Below, one piece after another: positions 15,548 to 22,361 of a DNA stretch of 22,361 nucleotides. Source of the DNA: Polyangiales bacterium (GTDB taxonomy: Bacteria; Myxococcota_A; Polyangia; Polyangiales; Polyangiaceae); NCBI GenBank assembly GCA_038230375.1, contig JBBRNJ010000116.1, positions 1-22,361 of the forward strand, written 5' to 3'. The notes beneath the pieces were generated by a model, which saw only the letters and a program-made list of their open reading frames with translations, ran no database searches and was not told the origin of the DNA. The translations under genes and the position numbers were made by a program. Each line of letters starts with the position of its first letter. Within the stretch, counting starts at the first letter, position 1.

Positions 15548-17083
15548 GTGAGCAGCTTCTTCCATACCGGAGCAGTGCTCGACGGTCGCTTCAAGCTGGG
15601 CGCGGCGCTCGGCGAAGGCGCGATGGGCACGGTATGGCTTGCGAAGGACCTCCACCTCGGCATCGACGTCGCGGTGAAGGTGATGCAGTCCGCCCTTCGC
15701 GCCGACGGCGGTCGCCGCGAGATGTTCGAGAAGGAGGCAGAGCTGTGCGCTCGCATGCTGAGCCCGCATATCGTGCGGGTGCTCTCCTACGGTGTGACGT
15801 CGGGGGACGTGCCGTACATCATCTACGAGGCGCTCGAAGGCGAGCCGCTCGACACCAGGATCGCGCTGCGCAAGAAGCTGGAACTGGACGAGACCGAGGA
15901 GATCATCGTGCACGTCGCCCGCGCGCTGGCACGCGCGCACTCCATGGGCATCGTCCACAAGGACATCAAGCCCGGCAACGTGTTCATGACCAAGGACGAT
16001 CGCGGCCGCGCGATCGCCAAGGTGATCGACTTCGGCATCTCCGAGGTGATCCAGCCGAACCTGACCATCGCTGGTGAGATCTGCGGCACGCTGGAGTACA
16101 TGCCGCTCGAGGTGCTCCGCGACGCGAAGCCCGCCGATGCTCGCGCCGACCTCTTCGCGCTCGCCGTTCTCGCGTACGAATGCCTTTGCGGCGAGGTGCC
16201 CTACGTGGGCGAGTCAATGCCCGAGGTCATGCAGATCATGAGCGGCGCACCACCGTCGCTGTCGCGCGTGTTCCCGCAAGAGGCCGCGGTGCCGCTCGAT
16301 CAGTGGATGCGGCGCGGGCTCGCACCAGACGCCCGCCTGCGGTTCCAGTCCGCACGCGATCTGGCGGAGACCTTCCACGAAGCCGTGAAGGAGGCGAAGT
16401 TCGCGCTGGGCGTCTCGCCGGCATCGTCCCGCAAGATGAGCACGCAGATGGAGCGCGTGATCCCGCCGAACAACGTCGACAGGGTCACAACGGGTTCGTC
16501 ACGCGCGTCCCGCAACAGCCTTGCCGACGCGGCCGAGCAGGCCATGCGCAGCCTGAACATCCAGACGGGCAAGCCCATGCAGTCAGCGCAGTCGCGCGGG
16601 CCCAGGCCACCGCCGCCGATGATGTCTTCGGGCCCGAGCAAGGTCACCCCACAGCCGCCGCGGCAAGAGAGCCGCGCACCAAGCCGGTCGCCACAGGTGT
16701 CGCAGCAGAGCCGCGCACCTCAGAAGCTGCCACCTGCGGCAACGTGGCCCCCCGCATCCGTGCCGAACCGCGACTCGCGAAGCGACGACTACGTGCCGCC
16801 GCCGGTGCAGAAGATGCCCGCTCCGCAGAAGCCGCCGCAGACGACACCCGCGCAAGCAGAGCCTCCGCCGCGCGCAACCGCACAGCAACCCATCCCGCGC
16901 GAGGACGACGACGCGCCCAAGTCACAGCGCGCGACCATCACACGCGGCACGCCCATGCGGCCGCGCGCTGGAAGCTTCGTCTTCGATGAAGAAGCCCCGC
17001 CGATGCGCCCCAAGCAGGAGAGCGGCGTCGCGGTCGAAGAGCGCGTGGAGACCACACGCATCGCTGACAAGCGTCGTGAATGA
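15548..17083 (+). CDS. Hanks-type Ser/Thr protein kinase, cytoplasmic, with Pro/Gln-rich C-terminal tail
   Basis: LGEGAMGTVW, VAVK, HKDIKPGN, DFG and GTLEYMPLE; no transmembrane segment seen. Start is GTG 15548 or TTG 15536. Confidence 0.93.
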   Translation: MSSFFHTGAVLDGRFKLGAALGEGAMGTVWLAKDLHLGIDVAVKVMQSALRADGGRREMFEKEAELCARMLSPHIVRVLSYGVTSGDVPYIIYEALEGEPLDTRIALRKKLELDETEEIIVHVARALARAHSMGIVHKDIKPGNVFMTKDDRGRAIAKVIDFGISEVIQPNLTIAGEICGTLEYMPLEVLRDAKPADARADLFALAVLAYECLCGEVPYVGESMPEVMQIMSGAPPSLSRVFPQEAAVPLDQWMRRGLAPDARLRFQSARDLAETFHEAVKEAKFALGVSPASSRKMSTQMERVIPPNNVDRVTTGSSRASRNSLADAAEQAMRSLNIQTGKPMQSAQSRGPRPPPPMMSSGPSKVTPQPPRQESRAPSRSPQVSQQSRAPQKLPPAATWPPASVPNRDSRSDDYVPPPVQKMPAPQKPPQTTPAQAEPPPRATAQQPIPREDDDAPKSQRATITRGTPMRPRAGSFVFDEEAPPMRPKQESGVAVEERVETTRIADKRRE

Positions 17084-17116
17084 GCGGACGACTGACGTGA
17101 GCGAGCCCATCTGAAC

Positions 17117-18655
17117 ATGCGTGGGGCGCGCAGCGCGGGCGCTTTGCTCGCACTCCTGTCGTACGCGTTTCGGTTCCCCGCGCTGCTGAACGCGGACTCG
17201 ACGAACTCGGACGCGGCCATCGTTGGCCTGCAGGCAATGCACATCCTCCACGGAGAGACATCGCCGTTCCTCTGGGGCAGCGGCTATCAGACCAGCACGG
17301 ACTCGTTCGTGGCCGCGCTGTTCTTCGCCGTGCTCGGAAGCGCGCCGTGGGTGCTGATGGTGAGCGCGCTGTCGCTCCATGTCGCGGCCACAGTGCTGGT
17401 GTTCTCTTCTCTCGTGCGCCACGTGGGAAGGGGCGCGGCGTTCGTGCTGTCGCTGCTCCTGGTCCTGACGCCCAGCTCCGTGCACTCGTACGCGCTGTAT
17501 CCTCCGCGCGAGGCGTCGCTGTTCCTCGCGCTCACCGCGTTCGTGCTGGTGGACCGCGCGGCCATCGCAGGCCTTTCCCCACGGAAGGCGCTCGTCTATC
17601 TGGGTGCAGGATGCATGTTTTCTACCGCGGCCACGGCGGCGGATCCCTACGCGATGCTGGTGGCGCCGCTGTCGCTCGGGCTCGCGGTGTGGACCGCGAT
17701 GGGCGTGTGGGGTGGCAAGGAACGCCTGCGCGCGCTCGGAACGGCCGTGGGTGGCGCGCTCGTCGGGATGCTGCCGAGCATCGCGCTCAAGACGTCCGCG
17801 GGCGCGAAGAACGGGCCCATGACGCTCAGCTTCTCCATGATCCCACACAACGCGGAGCTGCTCGTACGCGAGTGCCTGCCGTGGGCCATGAGCACCAAGG
17901 TCTACTTCGCCAAGCACGTGATGGACTATTCGCCCTGGGAGCCACCTGCGTGGGTGTCCGCGTTCCTCTTCTGCGCGGCACTGGTGTTCGCGGCGGCGCT
18001 GGGAATGTCCGTGCGGGCGGTGATCCGCGGAGGCATCTCGCCCGAGTCGCGGCGTCTTGGCGTGGCGGGGCTGCTGGTGTTCCCGGCGGGCATCGGCTCC
18101 TTCCTGCTGAGCGTGATGGTGATGGATCACTTCTCCATGCGCTACCTCACTGCGCTGACGCTGTTGTCGCCGTTCGCGCTGCTGCCGCTGGCGAAGCGTC
18201 TGCCGCCGGCGCGCCTTCTCCTGTTGCTTGCGCCGTTCTTGCTGTCTTCCGCGATCGGCGGATGGGTCGGCTTCGGGCCGTTCGTGCGTGGGCCCATCCC
18301 CGTCCGCCCGCCGGAGATCGCGGACGACTATGCGCTGCGCGCCCTCCTGCAGGAGAAGGGGGTTCGCTACGGCATCGCGGACTACTGGACTGCGTACCGC
18401 CTCACGTATCTCTTTCGCGAGGAGCACACGTTCGTGCCCACGAGCCCGCGCGAGGACAGGTACGCGCCGTATCGTACGGCCTTCGAGAAGGAGACGCGCG
18501 TGGCATACGTCTTCGATCCTGGCCGGTCGCGCGAGAGCCCCGACGATGAGCTACGCGAGCTCGCGCAGGGCGCAGAGAACGTGGAGGAGCTTCATGCGGG
18601 CAAGCTGCGCGTGTGGCTGATCTCACGCAAGCAGAGTGAGCTCCCACTTCACTGA
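17117..18655 (+). CDS. Polytopic membrane protein, probable GT-C fold (ArnT/PMT-like) glycosyltransferase
   Basis: Many hydrophobic segments. The first loop NSDAAIVGLQAMHILHGE..FLWG..Y has the acidic residue typical of GT-C enzymes. RY follows a late helix, and the soluble C-terminus contains ADYWTAY. Confidence 0.7.
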   Translation: MRGARSAGALLALLSYAFRFPALLNADSTNSDAAIVGLQAMHILHGETSPFLWGSGYQTSTDSFVAALFFAVLGSAPWVLMVSALSLHVAATVLVFSSLVRHVGRGAAFVLSLLLVLTPSSVHSYALYPPREASLFLALTAFVLVDRAAIAGLSPRKALVYLGAGCMFSTAATAADPYAMLVAPLSLGLAVWTAMGVWGGKERLRALGTAVGGALVGMLPSIALKTSAGAKNGPMTLSFSMIPHNAELLVRECLPWAMSTKVYFAKHVMDYSPWEPPAWVSAFLFCAALVFAAALGMSVRAVIRGGISPESRRLGVAGLLVFPAGIGSFLLSVMVMDHFSMRYLTALTLLSPFALLPLAKRLPPARLLLLLAPFLLSSAIGGWVGFGPFVRGPIPVRPPEIADDYALRALLQEKGVRYGIADYWTAYRLTYLFREEHTFVPTSPREDRYAPYRTAFEKETRVAYVFDPGRSRESPDDELRELAQGAENVEELHAGKLRVWLISRKQSELPLH

Positions 18656-18661
18656 CCGAGC

Positions 18662-18889
18662 TTACAGCCACGCGGGCGTCACTGGATGCGGATCGTAGGG
18701 CGGAGGAGTGTCGTTCTGCGCAGCCGATACCTTCTGGCAATCAATCCGTGCAGGGGACGTCTTCGTACATGGCATCGCGCGCGGCGACGCGGACCTGCGC
18801 GGACGGACGCGCCGTGGTGCGCGTGTCCTCGTCGTGGGAGTGCTCACGCGCGGGCGTGTGGCGACGGCCCTCACGGCTCGCTGCGTCAT
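18662..18889 (-). CDS. Possible small Arg/Pro-rich protein
   Basis: Short ORF whose stop lies 6 bp from the convergent GT-C stop and which fills an otherwise empty gap. No family recognised. Confidence 0.3.
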   Translation of the reverse strand: MTQRAVRAVATRPRVSTPTTRTRAPRRVRPRRSASPRAMPCTKTSPARIDCQKVSAAQNDTPPPYDPHPVTPAWL

Positions 18890-19121
18890 CAATCTGGGTT
18901 GCGGACTCGATACGTTTGGCGCTGTTCATTCTGACTCGTAAGGATGAGCAAGGTGCGTGCCTCGGGCCAACAAAGGGGCAATCCCCAGGTATCAGAGCGG
19001 AGTGCGCATGCCGTTTCGCACTGTTTACGCGCGCGGACGTGAACATGAGGCCGCACCAGGCGTGGCACCCAGGCAACACACGAAGGGATTTCGTGGCGCG
19101 GTGAGCCGTGGAAACGTCACA

Positions 19122-21323
19122 ATGCGTCAGGTGGCGCGCAAGCTCGTCAAGTACGAAGAGAAGCGCGATCCCGCGCTGACGACGGAGCCATTCGGTGGTG
19201 ACGTTCCAGACGCCGCGCCGTTGACCACCGTGGGCTCGTTCGTGGTGCATCAGCACGACGCCACGCGGATGCATTTCGATCTGCGGCTCGAGATGGGCGG
19301 AACGCTCTCGAGCTTTGCGGTGCCGAAGGGCCCCACGCTCGATCCGGAGTCGAAGCACCTTGCCGTCAACACGGAGGACCATCCGATCGAGTACCTGGAC
19401 TTCGAGGACGTGATCCCCGACGGCCAGTACGGCGCAGGCGCGATGATCGCGTGGGACCGCGGCAAGGTCACGTACCTGGAAGGCCCCGCGGAGACCACGA
19501 AGCCGAAGGGCAAGCTCGACTTCATCCTGTCGGGCATGAAGCTGCACGGACGGTTCGCGCTCGTGAAGCTCAAGAAGGGCGACAAGGAGTGGCTACTCCT
19601 CAAGAAGAGGGATGGTCAGGAAGATCCCGGGCACGACATCCTCGCCGCGCAGCCGCGCTCCGTATTGAGCGGGCTCACCGTGCAGGAGTTGCTCACGCGC
19701 GACGCACGCATCACCGACGCAGAGGCACGTGCGCGAACGCTCGGCGCGCCCTGGCACGAGCGCAAGGATGCGAAGGGAGACAACGCCAACGCGGACAGCG
19801 AGCTCGCGTGGACACGACCGCGGCTGCTCTCGCCGAAGGGAAAGTCTCCGCGCGCCCACCTGGCGCTGGGCGGACTGCGCGCGTTCGCGGAGAAGACCGA
19901 GCGTGGCGCACGCATCATCGTGGACGACGGCACAGCACGCGACGTGTCCATCTACTACCCGGAGCTGCTGCGCGCGCTCGATGCGTTGCCCGCGCGCTGC
20001 CTCACGCTGGACGGCGAGATCGTCTTTCTCACGGGTGGCGGCGCCGTATCCATGGCGCAGCTCACGCCGCGGCTCGTGTTGCTCTCTTCCGGCGATGCGC
20101 GCGGTGCGGTGCGCGATCACCCAGCGACGTTCGTCGCGTTCGACGTGCTGCGTGTGGGCGACACGGATGTGCGAGCCGCAAGGCTCACGGAGCGGCTCGC
20201 GCTGCTATCGTCGATCGTGCCAGAGCTCGGGTTCGTGCGGCGCGCGCCGGAGTCCGAAGATCCTGCGCCCTTCAACGTGTTCGCCATGACGCGTGGCCTG
20301 CCCGGTGTGCTCGTTCGTGATGGCGGTGATGCGTACGCTTTGGACTGGGCGTTCTTGCCCGCGAAGGAGGCAGGCCAGCCGTTCTCCGTGCAAGACCACG
20401 GCAAGGGCGGCGCGCTCACGCTGCGCACCGCGAAGGTCACGAACCGCCAGAAGATCTTCTTTCCGGAGCTCGGGATCACGAAGGGCGAGGTCGTCGACTA
20501 TTACGTGCAGGTTGCACCTTTTTTGCTCCCGTACCTGAAGGATCGCCCGCTGGTGGTGGTGCGCTACCCGGACGGCATCCACGGCAAGAATTTCTTCCAG
20601 TGGAACGTGCCGCAGACCAGCCCCTCGTGGATGCGACACGTGGAGGTGCCCAGCGACGACGGCCGCAAGAAGCACGCGTTCCTCGTGGACGATCTGGCGA
20701 GCCTCGTGCACGTCGTGAACCTGGGCGCGATCCCGCTGCACATCCTGGCCTTCCGCGAGGGGGGCAGGATGATCTGTGATTTTTTCACCGTGGACTTTGA
20801 CGTGAAGGAGGCGGGCCTCGAGCGCGCGCTGCCGATCCTGAAGACGCTGCGGGACCTGCTCGCGACCGCGGGGCTCAAGGGGTTTCCGAAGACGTCGGGT
20901 CAGACGGGCATGCACGTGCTGGTGCCGCTGGGCCCGAACCAGTCGTTCGACGTGGGGCGGATGCTCTGCGAGATCTTCGGACGGCTCCTTGTCTCGCACC
21001 ACCCGACGGATGCGACGATGGAGCGCGTGACGGGCCGGCGCGAGGGCAAGGTGTTCATCGACGTGGGTCAGACCGGACCCAGCCGCACCATCGTGAGTCC
21101 GTACGCGCTGCGAGCAACACCGGAGGCGACCGTGTCGATGCCGCTCGACTGGAACACGGCGCTCACGCTCGACACGCCGTCGCGCTTCACGGTGCGCACC
21201 GCTCCGGCGCTGGTCCGTGAGCACGGCTGTCCCATGCGGGCGCTGCTCACGGAGACGCCCGATGTGGCGGGCGCGGTGGCCAGACTCTCGGAGCTTTTGG
21301 GCGCGAAGCCCGGTTCGCGTTGA
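19122..21323 (+). CDS. ligD: LigD-like NHEJ protein: 3'-phosphoesterase, degenerate ligase domain, primase-polymerase domain
   Basis: PE domain: KRD...TTEP, HDATRMHFDLRLE, AVPKGP, EDHPIEY, WDRG. POL domain: ITKGEVVDYY, RYPDG, VDFD, KTSGQTGMH, VFID, PYALR. Ligase remnants: LDGEIV, FVAFDVL. Start is ATG 19122 or GTG 19131. Confidence 0.92.
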   Translation: MRQVARKLVKYEEKRDPALTTEPFGGDVPDAAPLTTVGSFVVHQHDATRMHFDLRLEMGGTLSSFAVPKGPTLDPESKHLAVNTEDHPIEYLDFEDVIPDGQYGAGAMIAWDRGKVTYLEGPAETTKPKGKLDFILSGMKLHGRFALVKLKKGDKEWLLLKKRDGQEDPGHDILAAQPRSVLSGLTVQELLTRDARITDAEARARTLGAPWHERKDAKGDNANADSELAWTRPRLLSPKGKSPRAHLALGGLRAFAEKTERGARIIVDDGTARDVSIYYPELLRALDALPARCLTLDGEIVFLTGGGAVSMAQLTPRLVLLSSGDARGAVRDHPATFVAFDVLRVGDTDVRAARLTERLALLSSIVPELGFVRRAPESEDPAPFNVFAMTRGLPGVLVRDGGDAYALDWAFLPAKEAGQPFSVQDHGKGGALTLRTAKVTNRQKIFFPELGITKGEVVDYYVQVAPFLLPYLKDRPLVVVRYPDGIHGKNFFQWNVPQTSPSWMRHVEVPSDDGRKKHAFLVDDLASLVHVVNLGAIPLHILAFREGGRMICDFFTVDFDVKEAGLERALPILKTLRDLLATAGLKGFPKTSGQTGMHVLVPLGPNQSFDVGRMLCEIFGRLLVSHHPTDATMERVTGRREGKVFIDVGQTGPSRTIVSPYALRATPEATVSMPLDWNTALTLDTPSRFTVRTAPALVREHGCPMRALLTETPDVAGAVARLSELLGAKPGSR

Positions 21324-21356
21324 CTTTGGCCTTCATTTTGGCAAAGAACCAACGCC

Positions 21357-22022
21357 GTGGCCTGTAGTTATTTCGATGTCGACGGCACGCTGGTCTCGAC
21401 GAACCTCGTCCATCCGACGTTGTTCTACGTGATGAACCAGCGCAGCCCGATGCGCTCTGCGCTGAAGCTGGCGAAGAACCTGCTCCGTGCGCCGCAGCTG
21501 ATCATCGCGGAGATGCAGGACCGTCGCCTCTTCAACGAGCTGCTCTTCCAGGCCTTCGAGGGCATGAGCCACGACCGCCTTCACCTGCTCTCGGACGAGG
21601 CGTTCGACAACGTGTTGAAGCGCGCGCTCTACCCCGCCGCGAAGGATCTCGTGTCGCGCTCACGTGCGGAGGGCCAGGAGGTGATCCTGGTCTCCGGCGC
21701 GCTCGACTTCCTCATGAAGCGCCTCTGCGAATATCTGGGTGCGACGGGCTACATCGCAAACCGCCTCGAGATCAAGGACGGCTACGCGACCGGCCGCTTG
21801 CTTCGTCCCGTGGTCGCGGGCCCCGAGAAGGCACGCCTCATCCGCGAGCACGCGCGCGACAACGATCACGATCTCGCGGACTGCTTCGCGTACTCCGACA
21901 GCTACTCCGACGTGCCCATGCTGAGCGTCGTGGGGCACCCAGCTGCGGTGAACCCGGACACGAAGCTCGCGCGCCTCGCACGCACGTACGGCTGGCCGAT
22001 CATCCAGCTCGCGAAGAACTAG
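21357..22022 (+). CDS. HAD-superfamily subfamily IB hydrolase (SerB/PSP-like)
   Basis: FDVDGTL (motif I), LVSGA (II), EK (III), YSDSYSDVPML (IV) and AVNPD. Confidence 0.93.
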   Translation: MACSYFDVDGTLVSTNLVHPTLFYVMNQRSPMRSALKLAKNLLRAPQLIIAEMQDRRLFNELLFQAFEGMSHDRLHLLSDEAFDNVLKRALYPAAKDLVSRSRAEGQEVILVSGALDFLMKRLCEYLGATGYIANRLEIKDGYATGRLLRPVVAGPEKARLIREHARDNDHDLADCFAYSDSYSDVPMLSVVGHPAAVNPDTKLARLARTYGWPIIQLAKN

Positions 22023-22203
22023 ACTTGGGAAAGAGGGGCATCTTCCCGCCCGCGCGGATAGGGCGTGTTCTTCCTGCGCCCCCTCCGGACACGGGCCTTC
22101 TCCCTTGAGCTGAGGAGAGCGTGCGCTCCGTGTTCATGAGATCTTGCATGCACCAGAGCTCGATGAACGCCTTGCCGCAGTTGACTGCTACGATTCATGC
22201 CTG

Positions 22204-22361
22204 ATGCAGATGAAGGTCTACTCAGCACAAGTCTTCGAAGCCGTGTCGGAAGCGCTCCGCGCCATCTACTGGTACGTCGGCGATCTGCAGTCCTTCGTCA
22301 TCCACTGCGGCTTCGAAGAGCGGTATGTCCGCAGTTTGGACTGGAAGCCGAAAAGGAACGG
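22204..22361 (+). CDS. Partial CDS, probable Mrr-like restriction endonuclease N-terminus; runs off the window end
   Basis: Not in the ORF track. Open frame MQMKVYSAQVFEAVSEALRAIYWYVGDLQSFVIHCGFEERYVRSLDWKPKRN resembles the recalled EAL..IYWY..DL.SF...L.W...KRN N-terminus of Mrr_cat proteins. The region is lower in GC. Confidence 0.6.
   Translation, partial: MQMKVYSAQVFEAVSEALRAIYWYVGDLQSFVIHCGFEERYVRSLDWKPKRN

Noticed and set aside
18957..19121. Extended N-terminus of LigD
   Set aside because: LigD similarity starts at L.KY..KRD near 19140; the upstream part looks like intergenic sequence.
22027..22047. Possible intrinsic terminator after the HAD gene (GGGAAAGA...TCTTCCC)
   Set aside because: The stem is imperfect and there is no U-tract, so support is too weak.
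1..22361. tRNA, rRNA or riboswitch genes
   Set aside because: None recognised by eye in the intergenic gaps; a covariance-model search was not possible.

Overview
High-GC bacterial DNA whose gene content (Hanks-type kinase, Pro/Thr-rich lipoproteins, lamin-tail protein, CGACYT hexamer arrays) suggests a myxobacterium of the Polyangiaceae/Labilithrix type; this is inference from gene style, not from a marker gene. The window opens in the left end of an IS1595-family element and closes in the probable N-terminus of an Mrr-like restriction endonuclease. Between them are a beta-barrel/LpoB-like fusion, a lamin-tail lipoprotein, an HSDL2-like SDR, two uncharacterised proteins, an SxxK serine hydrolase, a 30-unit hexamer array, an ABC1 kinase, a Ser/Thr kinase, a GT-C-like membrane protein, a LigD with a degenerate ligase domain and a HAD-IB hydrolase. 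The most striking locus is a tightly coupled three-gene unit (9046-13216) with no other dcw genes in the window. It encodes (1) a KAS III/FabH-like enzyme whose His/Asn catalytic positions are Thr/Tyr; (2) a MurF-MurE fusion in inverted order, whose MurE half has lost the UDP-binding domain and some UDP-MurNAc-dipeptide contacts but kept the ATP and meso-DAP sites; and (3) a small disordered lipoprotein with six P-x-x-E-(G/N) motifs. My hypothesis, which is untested, is that the ligase builds peptidoglycan-like stem peptides on the glutamates of this lipoprotein.
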